Source: Octopus bimaculoides
Taxonomy: Eukaryota
DNA length: 47,487 bases
Assembly: GCF_001194135.2 (NCBI RefSeq)
Contig: NC_069005.1
Location: forward strand, 14,947,302 to 14,994,788
Reading direction: 5' to 3'
Shown here: piece by piece, positions 23,531-35,186 of the stretch
Layout: each line of letters starts with the position of its first letter
Numbering within the stretch: position 1 is the stretch's first letter
Notes under the pieces: model-generated
What the model was told of the DNA's origin: nothing
Seen by the model: the letters and a program-made list of their open reading frames with translations, nothing else
Database searches by the model: none
Made by a program: the position numbers and the translations under genes

Positions 23531-24689
23531 CCAGAATGGAGGTCTTTAAACCATGCTTGCATTTCAGCAAATTCCAGAATAACAAGATAACATGATCACT
23601 TGCAATAGCTAAAGGGAAACAATCCCTTGTTGACATTGAGTAGTGAGGGCTTTTCCTCCTGCATATTCTAGAGAGGCCTTAAGCCAACAAGTTTTGGGAT
23701 ATGATGATAAGCCGTAAACCTAAGTGCTTTATGGACATGAAACCCAGGGTAATCCCATAAACTGCCTTATCAAATTTTATTTATATTATATACTGCTCTA
23801 TAACTTAGAGTGTGCTTCTTTTTGGGATTTATGTTTTACCGACGTTAATAGAGCACTCAATATAAGTTCAGTTACATATTCTTTTAGAATATTCCTTATA
23901 ANNNNNNNNNNNNNNNNNNNNNNNNNNNNNNNNNNNNNNNNNNNNNNNNNNNNNNNNNNNNNNNNNNNNNNNNNNNNNNNNNNNNNNNNNNNNNNNNNNN
24001 NNNNNNNNNNNNNNNNNNNNNNNNNNNNNNNNNNNNNNNNNNNNNNNNNNNNNNNNNNNNNNNNNNNNNNNNNNNNNNNNNNNNNNNNNNNNNNNNNNNN
24101 NNNNNNNNNNNNNNNNNNNNNNNNNNNNNNNNNNNNNNNNNNNNNNNNNNNNNNNNNNNNNNNNNNNNNNNNNNNNNNNNNNNNNNNNNNNNNNNNNNNN
24201 NNNNNNNNNNNNNNNNNNNNNNNNNNNNNNNNNNNNNNNNNNNNNNNNNNNNNNNNNNNNNNNNNNNNNNNNNNNNNNNNNNNNNNNNNNNNNNNNNNNN
24301 NNNNNNNNNNNNNNNNNNNNNNNNNNNNNNNNNNNNNNNNNNNNNNNNNNNNNNNNNNNNNNNNNNNNNNNNNNNNNNNNNNNNNNNNNNNNNNNNNNNN
24401 NNNNNNNNNNNNNNNNNNNNNNNNNNNNNNNNNNNNNNNNNNNNNNNNNNNNNNNNNNNNNNNNNNNNNNNNNNNNNNNNNNNNNNNNNNNNNNNNNNNN
24501 NNNNNNNNNNNNNNNNNNNNNNNNNNNNNNNNNNNNNNNNNNNNNNNNNNNNNNNNNNNNNNNNNNNNNNNNNNNNNNNNNNNNNNNNNNNNNNNNNNNN
24601 NNNNNNNNNNNNNNNNNNNNNNNNNNNNNNNNNNNNNNNNNNNNNNNNNNNNNNNNNNNNNNTATATATATATATATATCCTCTCAGGC

Positions 24690-24860
24690 AATCACAATTC
24701 TCTTGTCTCTCTTCTTTTCATCACCCAGTGTCCACACCTACCCTGTCCTTTCTTCCCTAGACCACTGACCCTCTGGACTTCCTTGCTCATGTTTTTTCTG
24801 CAGTCATTGACAAGCAGCTATTCAAAAGGAACAGTAACTGCACTGATCTCTTCAGTTTAA
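24690..24860 (-). mobile_element. Possible RTE LINE 3' end remnant
   Basis: Minus translation ...SKEVQRVSGLGKKGQGR..WVMKRRETREL resembles the RTE 'GKRGRGRPRKTW' C-terminus. Confidence 0.4.
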
Positions 24861-25164
24861 GAGGGCCTGCAAAGGTCATAGGTACAAGTGATTCCTCCAG
24901 ACCAAAGAAAGAAAGGGCAGCACCCAATACTGAGACAGTAGATTGTGTGCTTTAAGTTGATAAATTCAGTCTCTCATATTTTGTATTTCATATTAGTTGC
25001 TGGAAGTGGTCTTGGTCCTCAAGTGGAGATTTTTAAAAAAACTGCTTCTAGACAAATGTGTTATGTATCCCTGTGCATATTAGCTTGCAAGCACATGTGT
25101 GCTTACATTAATATATCCACACACACTAACATAACTATGTAATCATGTCTGTGAGCATATCTGT

Positions 25165-25195
<31 letters not shown>

Positions 25196-26737
25196 TGTGA
25201 TCACATGTTTGTGTGCATATCTATACACACACACACAACTATATAATCACATGTTTGAGTGCATATCTGTATGTACATACACACACAATGTATGTAGCCC
25301 AGGGCAAAATTAAAACCAAGTGGTGCCCTACTAACAGCCCATTAGCAGTGTCCCCTTCACCTTTTCACTGACTAACTGATAATACATTAAGACATAAGGG
25401 CCAAAAATGAAACAGATTAAAAAAAAAAGCAAAAAAATAAAAACAGTTTTCTATCAGGCCATATCTCATAACTATATCAAATACATAACTTTCTATTTTT
25501 AGTGTCATTTATTTAACACAAAATAACAATAAGCAGCAAATTACTTCTAACTAGGGCAACAGGAAAAGAATTGTAAATTTTCCAAACTACTTTTATTCAT
25601 AAAAAAAAAGAGAGAGAAAGGAAAAACAGGAAGAAATAGAGAAAACCACTGATATATTACTATGTATACTATTGTAAATTCAGGACTAAGAAAGGGCTCA
25701 CTCCCGTGGTGATGCCTTTTCTGGGTGCCTAAACTCATGTTTATTTTGTTTAACAGTTTATCTGGCATTATATGATCACACATAGATGTGTGTTTGTGTA
25801 AGTGCACATGTGCAAACAAACAAGCTAAAGTAGAAACATTTTTCGTTTTTCTCTCTTCAGTTTGTTAATTATCGAAGAGCAGAAACAAAAACAATTAAAC
25901 GAGATAAAAAGAAGGAAAAAAAAAATAGAAACAGAAAAAAGGATATCTGATAATTGCTGAAGTTTAATTGAAAAGTGTAAACATCACCTTGCAATCTTAA
26001 TAGACGGAAATGCAGGAATCTTTCATAAATCAATAAACAACAGCTTGGTTTATTTACTGTGTTGAAATTCTACAGAGATAAAACTTACAAATAAAGGAGC
26101 CACTAATCTATGTATTAATATAGTAGTATGTTCCTACATACCTACCTACGTTATGCATCAGACTAAAGGAAGTAACTAAAAGGAGAGAGAGAAAGTCAGA
26201 AGAAAAATTAAAAGAGGTGATAATGCTGGTAATTGTAATGATGTTTATTTGTTGTGATGGCTGTTTGTTTGTTGGTAGTGATGGTGGTAATGATGGTAAC
26301 AATGACATTGTTCAACAGCAGTTACTTGTACTAAGGTGTATGCAATTAAATCATACAATATTTTCTTTCTAACTTCCGTCCACAAAAACATATTGTCAAC
26401 TATTTACTACTTACAAAAACAACCATCATTAACTAACACTCTACCAACATCATCATCACCGCAACAAACTGCTACAGTCTTCAGAGAGTGTGTGTGTGTG
26501 TATGTATGGGTGTAAGCATGTGTGTGTATATGCATGTGCACACATGTAAAACTACATGTCAGTATTGATTCACTGGTGTTTCATTTCTTTTTTCTCCTAT
26601 CTTTCACTGCGACCAACTCAACTAACATTTCCTCACAACTTCCATCTCTTTCTACCTTGTCTACTAATCACTGTCATCTCTACCATCACAAAAACAGACG
26701 TGTACTCTTTTAATAATTAATCACAGACTTAATTATA

Positions 26738-27978
26738 TTGGGTTGACAAGAAAGTAAATTCGTTTTTCACAAATACATAGCGCTATGATTTTTTGAAGAC
26801 TTTTGTGAATGTTATGATCTTTTTCCTTTTGACAATTGATAGCCGTTACTTTTAGCTTACTTTAGAAGCAAATTGTGCGTAATTTTGTTTACAGCTGTTA
26901 GTTCAGTGTCAATTTTAATATGGAGTGCAAAAATGAACATTTTCACCATATTTTGCTTTTTTATTTCCATAAAGGTAAGACAACTGCAAGAAAGAGACAT
27001 GTGAAGTTTATGGTATTGATTGCTTAACAGAATGTAGGTCAGAAATGGTTTAAAAAATTCCATTCTGGAGATTTTTCAGTCAAAGCTGACCAATGTTCTG
27101 GTTGATCTACTGAAGTTGATGATGACCAAATCAAAGCCATAATTGAATCTAATTGTCATAACTATGTAATGAATTGAATCACACACAACAATTGAAAATC
27201 ACTTAAAATGCCTTGGACTCATTAAGAAGCTCAATATTTGGGTTCCACATAAATTGAAACACAACAAATCAATATTTGAGATATGCATCTCAAACGCAAT
27301 GAAATCGACCTTGTTTTGAAACGAATCATCAGTGAAGATGAAAAATAGATTGTCTACAATAATATCAGTCAAAAATTATCATGGTCCAAGCATAATGAAC
27401 CAGCACAAACCACATCAAAAGCTGAATTGCATCAAAAAAAAGGTCATGCTGTCAATTTGGTGGGATTACAAAGGTGTTGTGTAGTTTGAGCTGCTTCCAA
27501 AGAACCAAATGATCAATTCAGATGTTTACTGTCAACAACTAATGAACTGGAGGAAGCAATCAAAGAAAAATGGCCAGAATTGGCAAATCATAAAGGAATC
27601 ATATTCCACCATGACGATGCTAGATCATATGTCGTTGCTAACTCATGAAAAATTATTGGAGCTTAGTTGGGAAGTGATGTCACATCCACCACATAGCCCT
27701 GACCTTGCACCATCAGATTACTATTTATTTCAAAGTTTGCAAAATTCTTTGAATGGTGAAACTTTCAATAATGATGATGACCTGAAATTCCACTTTCTTC
27801 AGTTTTTAGCTGATAAGGATCAGAAGTTCTATGAGTGCAGAATCATGAAGTTGCCAGAAAGATGGCAAAAGATCATGGAACAAAATGGAAAATATATAAT
27901 TGATTAAAGTTCATTCTTTGTATGAAACAAAATAACTTATTTCACACCATAAAAACAGTTACTTTCTTGCCAACCCAA
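26738..27978 (+). mobile_element. Full-length degenerate mariner, mellifera subfamily (Famar1-like)
   Basis: TIRs ttgggttgacaagaaagtaa / ttactttcttgccaacccaa, TA on both sides, length 1241 bp. Confidence 0.93.
26920..27907 (+). pseudogene. Mariner DD34D transposase pseudogene
   Basis: MECKNEHFHHILLFYFHKGK...WVPHKL...KRIISEDEK...HDDAR...HPPHSPDLAPSDYYLFQSLQNSLNG...KLPERWQKIMEQNGKYIID with several frameshifts. Confidence 0.92.
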
Positions 27979-28039
27979 TATAAAGACCAACTACAGGTAG
28001 TAAGCAACGAAATTCTTATGTTATCTTAATTTCTTCTAA

Positions 28040-28330
28040 TTCAGACTGCCTTATGGTCCCAGCAGATAAATTGGAAAAGGCATTGCTCTGGAGGATGGCA
28101 AGGGAGGTGTGCTGGAACAGCCACTCTAATCCATGGGGCTCACACTTGTGGATAGTGATTTCCACTCAGATAGCAGCAAGCAGGGATATGGTCCGGGGGC
28201 CAAGAACACTGGAAGTCTCCACTGCTACCAAGTAGAATCAGCCAGACATTGAGATAAGGCTGGAGCACTGAGTTACTAGTATGACCTATCTGATGGACTT
28301 CAACACAGAACCTGTCTTCCCAATGAACCT
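28040..28330 (-). mobile_element. CRE-clade (RLE-type) non-LTR retrotransposon C-terminal remnant
   Basis: Minus translation SSLISMSG*FYLVAVETSSVLGPRTISLL...CEPHGLEWLFQHTSLAILQSNA resembles the CRE 'PVAVETLGAWG...EPR...LFQRLSVAIQRGNA' terminus. Confidence 0.6.
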
Positions 28331-28699
28331 GAGGCAACAATAAAAAAAAAGAAATTCCCAGGATGCCATGCAACAGGATTAAACTGGTGACCTTGTGACT
28401 ATGAAGCTAACAGAACATGATTTTTTTATTATTTAAAGTTCACTGAAGATGGTTAGCAATCAGGAGATTATGAAGGAGATGATGCTGAGAGAAACCAACC
28501 TTTGGAAACATTTACTTTTTGAAAGTAATAAAAGTTATTTCATTTTTATATTTGATTTGCAAGATTCTTCATGTGAAATCCTGTGTTGAAACAGATTTAG
28601 TTTTCTCTTGGGAGGGACATTAAGCTAATAATAAACATGTGAACTGGTTCTGTTTCACTTTTTTTATTATTAGGAGTTAATTAGTTGATCATTTGACCA

Positions 28700-29050
28700 A
28701 TCACACTGTGTAACATGCTTTTAGTCCTTAGGTAGCAAACTGTTATTTCCTATTTGCTTACCCCTAGTAAGTATGAAAAATGGCTAATGTCTCCTGCTTT
28801 TCTTAAACTTGTCTCCATCTGGACAGCTAGAATTAAACTGGACTGTAGAGTTTATGATCTCTGAGTTTATACTGCCATCTATGTTGCCAAAACGCTCTAC
28901 AAATTCTTGAAACTTTGAGAAATTTCTAGAAAATTCTGCTTCAACAACTCATTGCAGAATCTGTCTGAAATGTAATGGAGAGTAGGTCAGTTTCAAAACA
29001 TTGACATCCAGGTCACAGAAGCAAATAGGAAATAACACTTACTGACCAAA
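28700..29050 (-). mobile_element. Subterminal-IR element, copy 2
   Basis: tgttatttcctatttgctt (28742) and aagcaaataggaaataaca (about 29020); the reverse complement aligns with both ends of 15410-15845. Confidence 0.6.
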
Positions 29051-30244
29051 AACAAACAAAAAATTGCTACACAAGTGTTATTTATTCAATTGTTTGATTA
29101 CTCTTTTGGTCAATCAATCCATCAGCAAGATTCATTAGAGTTACTTTGTCATCATTCATGACCCTATCAATGATATACCCTCTCTATTCTAGGTCCATTT
29201 CATATCGCTTGTACATGACTGACTCACTATTAATTATGATACAACCATATTGTAAATCCATCTATGTATTTATTTGCATGTCACTGATATTGAGAAAACC
29301 TTGAAATCATGGATAACTTTTTTGGTGGTTTTGTTTTCTTTGGAATGTTTGTACACAAAAGAATAGTAACTGAAGTCAACTAAAGCTAAACCTTAAGTCA
29401 AGTTGGTAAGAAACCAAGGAGAGAAGACGCTGCAGCAGAAACTGGGTCATCCAATCTCCTCCACCCCACCTCACGCACAGGTGCATCAGACCTGTAGTTA
29501 CAGGCTGTTATTGGCTACAAACATTTACACATGGATTTCTTTATTCATATTTTCTTGCATGCCCTCATTTGCTTTTAACATGTGTGGCAGTAAAATATTA
29601 TTGATTTAAATGTTAAAAGTTAAAGATGACATTTTTTTCCTCTCTCCTTTCCCTTCCTTTTTTCTTCTTCCTAAACTTCAATGTCACTACCAATATCATC
29701 GCTGTGATAACAAATCACGCCTAGTACAATCACTTCCTTTGGAGACCTATTATTAACAGAAGATAAACAGGATAGCCCACTCCTCTTGTTGATTATCAAT
29801 AAAAACATTGATTTAAACAGACCTGCTCAATGACAATAGCAACCGCACCATAAATAAAGCAATGGAGTGAACTAGTGTCAGAACAAATGGTTCCTTTGTA
29901 TATGAAATAAAATGGAGTCCATTTCATTTATTTATCCATACTGGATTGGACAAATTATTATTATTCAGGCATTGTTTTTATTTTTACAGCTGAAAGAACC
30001 AAACCTTTCCCAAAGATGGATTATATATGTAATTTTACAGCTGAATGCATTTCCTGTCACTAGCCCTTGTCTGTTTTCAAGTAAGGATCCCTTATATCAT
30101 ACATCTTTGAAGACGCAAAGCCAGTGGATGATACTCTGACAAAAGAAAGGACAACAACGTCACCACTTCAGATTGACAATTTTCGGAGAAATACAGATGT
30201 AAACAAACACTCACATGCATGTATGCGGATGGATGGATGGATGG

Positions 30245-30570
30245 ATCTTTTATCAATTTCATGGTGAATATTCAGTTGTTTGATCAACTGAATGACCTAC
30301 TCTTTGAGTTAATGTGTTAAATTGCCAAGTATTCCACAAACGTGCACTCGATGTTATTTTCACATGGAATCAACATGACAAAACATGTGACAAGGCCGGA
30401 CCTTTGAATTACAAGCATGATCCATCTGAAAAGGTTTCAATAAGTTTCTATCTTTCCAACTTCACTCACACAGCTTGAGTTGACTTGAGTCTATAGCAAA
30501 AAATGGTTATCTACAATGTCACACAATGGGATCAAACCTGAGACCTTATGATTGTGAAGCAAACTTCTTA
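30245..30570 (-). mobile_element. Adjacent family C (about 30245-30420) and family B (about 30440-30570) SINE fragments
   Basis: Reverse complements of motifs seen at 10180-10340 and in the family B heads. Confidence 0.5.
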
Positions 30571-31274
30571 AACTCTTGAGCATATTGTGCTCACATACAC
30601 ACTCTCTCTCTCTGGAATCTCAAGCTTTTTGCTGATGGAAATCAGCATCTATTCACCTAGAATTCACATTTGAGTTGATAAGAGCATCTAATTCTGTCTG
30701 AATGATTGTTGATTTCTGTTGATATGAAACCTTGGGTTCCAGAAAGGTAACAAAAATTCTATTGAAAGGAATTGTTTATCCACAATCCCAGTACTGAGTC
30801 CTCATTCTTTCAATTAATAATTAATGTGCATATAAATGTATATATATATAATTAACAAATTACATTCTGGTTTCCAAATATTTTGTAAGTCAGAGAAACC
30901 AACTAGATTAGCAACGGAAGAGAGAAGGTGATGTCTACAAAAACTGTTGATGTATTATGTATCTCATCATCCAAATCTCTCTTTATTTAAAAAAGAAATA
31001 ACATTTTGTACTTACTGCAATAGCTCCAGTACATAAAAATCAATCTTCAAACTAGCTATAAATATCAAGTTATCCATTAAACATCTGTAGACAAGTCATC
31101 TTTCATTAAGCATCACTTCATAACTTATACTGTTTCATTTTGGCAGTGGAAAAATATTTCCTTTTTCACAAATAAATAATCCTTCAATAAATGCTTCAAC
31201 ACTAACATTAGATAAAAGAGGACATTAAACTGTATGATCAGACAGTCCCAGGTGGTTTTGTACTGAAAAGGCTA

Positions 31275-31385
31275 ACCCTTTCAATTCTAAATGGCCTCAG
31301 ATGGCCCCTAGTTCTGTAATACAAGCCCCCTGTTGTAAAGTGATTTAAATTAAAACCTTTCATCAAAACTCTGTTAGTTTGTCCT
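31275..31385. mobile_element. piggyBac-like MITE end fragment
   Basis: ctaa-ccctttc end resembling TTAA|CCCTTT termini; only one end is visible. Confidence 0.35.
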
Positions 31386-31628
31386 AAACAAAAAAATAAT
31401 TAAATTTTTAATTATTTTAAAAATGAATTGAAATAAACTCCATCTGACCCATGCTAACATAAGGAAATGGATGGTAATGGAATGATAACAACATTGATGA
31501 TGATTACATATATATATATATATACTGGAGTAAGCACATGAAATGTGCAACAAGGTGGAAAAAAGAGTACTCAAATACCAGAGGTAGAGTAATTTGCTTT
31601 ATTTAAAAGCAGCAGAAATATAACAAAA

Positions 31629-31672
31629 AAACCGTTACTCTGAGTTTCACGTTCCCGTTCATCGGACAGTTT
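31629..31672 (-). ncRNA. Minimal type I hammerhead ribozyme motif (U4C core variant)
   Basis: Minus strand AAACUGU-CCGAUGA-ACG(GGAA)CGU-GAA-ACUC(A)GAGU-A-ACGGUUU: 7-bp stem I with one GU pair, 3-bp stem II, palindromic stem III and a GUA cleavage triplet. Confidence 0.65.
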
Positions 31673-31674
31673 CG

Positions 31675-31717
31675 AAACTGTCCGATGAACGGGAACGTGA
31701 AACTCAGAGTAACGTTT
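31675..31717 (+). ncRNA. Mirror hammerhead motif in the right arm
   Basis: CCGATGA 31682-31688, GAAAC 31699-31703, GTA 31709-31711; stem I carries one bulge. Confidence 0.6.
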
Positions 31718-31750
31718 TTTTTGTTATATTTCTGCTGCTTTTAAATAAAG

Positions 31751-31781
<31 letters not shown>

Positions 31782-31832
31782 TTAAGCAAGAAAAGGAAGA
31801 GATTTAATGGAAAGAATTAATTTATTAACATT

Positions 31833-31891
31833 GTCTACAATTGTTTCAATTCACACTCAATTGAAGATTTTGAGTGGAATATCATCAGGGT
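31833..31891 (-). ncRNA. Minimal type I hammerhead ribozyme motif with canonical core
   Basis: Minus strand ACC-CUGAUGA-[UAUUCCACUCAA...UUGAGUGUGAAUU stem II]-GAA-ACAAUUGU-A: palindromic stem III and GUA site; the stem I 3' strand is mutated (GAC). Confidence 0.65.
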
Positions 31892-31989
31892 GAAAAGACA
31901 TTAAGGAAGTTACATGTTGACCGGTTGAGACATTTTAACACACTAAAATGTCTCAACCGGTCAACATGTAACTTCCTTAATGTCTTTTC

Positions 31990-32048
31990 GCTTTGATGAT
32001 ACTCCACTCAAAATCTTCAATTGAGTGTGAATTGAAACAATTGTAGGT
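31990..32048 (+). ncRNA. Mirror hammerhead motif with C3>U mutation
   Basis: TTGATGA 31993-31999, GAAAC 32034-32038, AATT, GTA 32043-32045, GGT. Confidence 0.5.
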
Positions 32049-33061
32049 AATGTTAATTAATAAATAAATTAATTCTTTCCATTAAATCTCTTCATTTTGT
32101 TGCTTGATAATATTTGATATTTATAATATATTAAACCAGTGTAACTTAGATGGAACCATCTCAATAAGAGGTTTATATCCTCAAATTATGTATATATCCT
32201 GTGTATGTGAGTGAAAAGTGTAATTATTTGTTAAATCATATTTAGTCTTCCTCTATTATAATTTGCAAATGCCAAACGAAAATATAATTATTCAGTAAAT
32301 GAAATGAAATGACTAGTTTCAAGTTTCTTAGGTTTCCAACCACTTTAAACTTCTTAAACTTGTCTGAAACCATGATGAAGAACAAAGAATTATAAGGATG
32401 CTAACTCCATTTAGTTTCCTCGTTAATAAAGAAAGTTTGATGATATATCTGTCAGTACGAGAACTGCTGACCTTAACGGTTGACACACATAGGATGTGAA
32501 ACGTAAGTTAACTAATGGAGATGTTACTTCAGTAGAAGACAATTATCAAAGTCACTGGTGCAATGACGCCACAGAATAATTATCAGTTAAAATTAAAGAG
32601 AGGCAGCTAAGAAATGTGTTGTCTTTTTTCTTCCTTTTCTTTCTTAATTCTAATTCAGCATTTTATTATTCTGATTTAAAACCAGCAGATTTCATCAATC
32701 AAACATTTAGAATTGATAAAATATGTAGCAGTAAGAGACTGGTTTTCATTCCACAAACTATAATTCTTCACATTTAAAACTCATTCAAGTAAAGAGATTG
32801 TTGGAATTTCACATCTACAGCCAAATGGACCATTTTAGAGAAAAACCATTAAGTCATTTAGTCTGCTGTGACCACTATCAGAATTTCCCATCAATTACAA
32901 AGATACATTGAACAGTAATATACACACACATTTATATATATTTATTTATTGTGTGTGTATGTATATTTTACTGTACAATGTGTCTTTGTAAATTATGAAA
33001 GAATGTGATTGTGGTCTAGTCACAGTAGACTGATAGTTTTTCTCTAAAACGGCCCATGCAT

Positions 33062-33107
<46 letters not shown>

Positions 33108-33129
33108 TTGCACCATGTTGTATATAGTA

Positions 33130-33275
33130 CACAGCAAGGTGGTGAACTGTCAGGGTCATTAGACTGTTGGACAGAATGACTTGCAGTATTTATGAACATC
33201 TGCATTCAAAGTTCAAATTCTGATGGGATCAACTTTGACTTTCAGCAGATGATTAAAAAAGTACTAATCCAGTGT
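33130..33275 (+). mobile_element. Degenerate family A SINE (plus strand)
   Basis: ggtggtgaactgtcag...aagttcaaattctg..tcaactttgactttca...aaagtact. Confidence 0.55.
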
Positions 33276-33679
33276 ACTAAGCTGGTGGAACTGTCAGAAG
33301 GTTGGAAAAGCCAATTTATGGCATCTGTTCCCGCTCTTCTGCATTCTGACAGCAACTCCTTGGATAAATATTGACATCATAGAGTAGCGAGGGTTGCAAG
33401 TATGGGCAACTACCAGTTTTGCCTAGGTTTGTGCATATATGTGCAGCTGTATGGCCAACTTGGATCGAATGGAAACCCTGTGTACAACATGGTGTAAGAT
33501 CAGTTTAAATACTGGAAAATTAAGCAATCCAGTAAACAATTCACTCCTTACCTTAAGTTATCCATTTGCATGACAATGTAAAATATTTATCCACTAGTAA
33601 CTGGTACATTTTAGATTTTTTAAAGAATTTCTTTTGTTATAATGAATTATCAACAACAGTGATGATAGTCCACTCTGCT

Positions 33680-33835
33680 GGGTGGCTAGTGTTAGGAAGG
33701 GTATCCAACCATAAAGACCCTGCTAAAACAGACACATAAATCTAGTGCAGGATCTTGCCTGGCCAGCTCCTGTCAAACCTTCCAACCCATGCCAGCATGG
33801 AAGGTGGACATTAAACAACGATGTTGATGATGAGT
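33680..33835 (+). mobile_element. RTE-tailed SINE 3' fragment
   Basis: gttaggaagggtatccaacc...aacccatgccagcatggaaggtggacattaaacaacgatg. Confidence 0.75.
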
Positions 33836-34324
33836 GAGCACCATAGAGATGGTTTTACTCACAATGGATCAGGGCACCAATAATGTAAAGTGAGTGAGTT
33901 CTGCATCTCACCGGTCCACATGTTGACTGAGGTTTCCCTAGGTTAGAGGCCTGAACTAGTATCTCAAAGCAAATTAGCTATAAAAAAATAGCATGTAAAT
34001 ATTGGGTTAAAAACTCTTTAGATAGCGTAATGTGAAGTCTGCCTGTTGGGCTGTAACCCACACATCCTAAACATGACAGGAGTTCTAACATTATTTTGAT
34101 ATAGATGCAAAGCAGAGCTTTGATGATTGGCCACAAACTGCATATTAATTGGGTTCAATTAATAAAATGAATGCTAGAAAACAGACTATGTATTACAACC
34201 ACCCTAACAGACTTTTGTGAGAAAGAACTTTACTCTAAAACACAGGAATGCAAGCTAACTTAGTGTGTAGAGAGAGATTGCACGTGTCAGTATAGGAGCC
34301 GAGACTGAAAATCTGTCCAACATA

Positions 34325-34538
34325 CTGATTTCAAATTTTGGCACAAGGCCAGCAATTTCGGGGAGAAGAGTAAGTCAATTACATCAATCCCAGTGTTTGA
34401 CTGGCACTTATTTTATTGACCCCAAAAGGATGAAAGGCAAAGTTGACCTTGGTAGAATTTGAACTCAGAACATAAAGACAGATGAAATGTCACTAAGCAT
34501 TTTGCCTGGTGTGCTAACGGTTCTGCCAGCTCACCACC
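34325..34538 (-). mobile_element. Family A SINE, full copy
   Basis: Type-B tail tttcaaattttggcacaaggccagc through to head ttctgccagctcaccacc. Confidence 0.85.
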
Positions 34539-35120
34539 AATATTAATTGAGAAAGTTGCTTGCAGATCTCAAATTCTTCACATTCTTCACTCCTGAAGTA
34601 TTGTTTGAAAGTTTCCTCCCTCATACAAACCCTACTCCAGAAAAAGAAAAAAAAAACAAAAAAAAAAACACCAACTGAAAACAAGCAAGAATAGACAAAT
34701 AGTGAAAAACAACAAAACAATGGACCAAAACCTTATAACTGTCTACTGTATCTTTTAACCAAACTTATGATAAAATAAAGAATAAATTAAAAATTTTTTT
34801 AGAAAATTAACAACAAATACAGATAGTAGCAGTAGTTTTTCTGTGTTCTAGGAATTTTGTAAAATAAAATAAAAGAATAAAACAAACATTACTGACATGT
34901 CTTATAAAAAAAAGGGAAAAAGAGAGACCAAGTGATATTGACTTTAGGATATTGTCAATAAGGAGTTGGAGATGTACAGGAAGGAGAGAGAGGGAGCTAG
35001 ATTTTTTCTATAGGTGTGTGTGTGTGTGTAGCTTGTTATATATGTGTATTTTCTTATGGTGTGAGGTATGAATGTAGGTAGGTTATATAAGGATAATGGG
35101 TTGGTTATCTATATTTCAGA

Positions 35121-35186
<66 letters not shown>

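Larger units (their letters stand above)
31597..31750. repeat. 154-bp near-perfect spacerless palindrome (Penelope-type inverted terminal repeat)
   Basis: 77-bp arms centred at tttc|gaaa (31673/31674) with one mismatch; (TA)n lies on the right and about 75 bp further left. Confidence 0.97.
31781..32108. repeat. About 330-bp palindrome with about 157-bp arms and 6-nt spacer
   Basis: Arms 31781-31937 and 31944-32108, spacer acacac; roughly 90% identical, with an 8-nt AT insertion in the right arm. Confidence 0.95.

Noticed and set aside
14698-24860. Long ORFs in the track made mostly of X
   Set aside because: They are artefacts of reading through N gaps.
25547-26080. Other minus-strand exon-like segments (MSLGTQKRHHHG with a GTGAGC donor; NFNTVNKPSCC...LQ)
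   Set aside because: Their phases do not join the confirmed ssh exon directly, there is no homology, and the splice signals are mediocre.
33500-33600. MDNLR|GTAAGG donor-like site on the minus strand
   Set aside because: A single donor match in AT-rich DNA is expected by chance; no supporting evidence.
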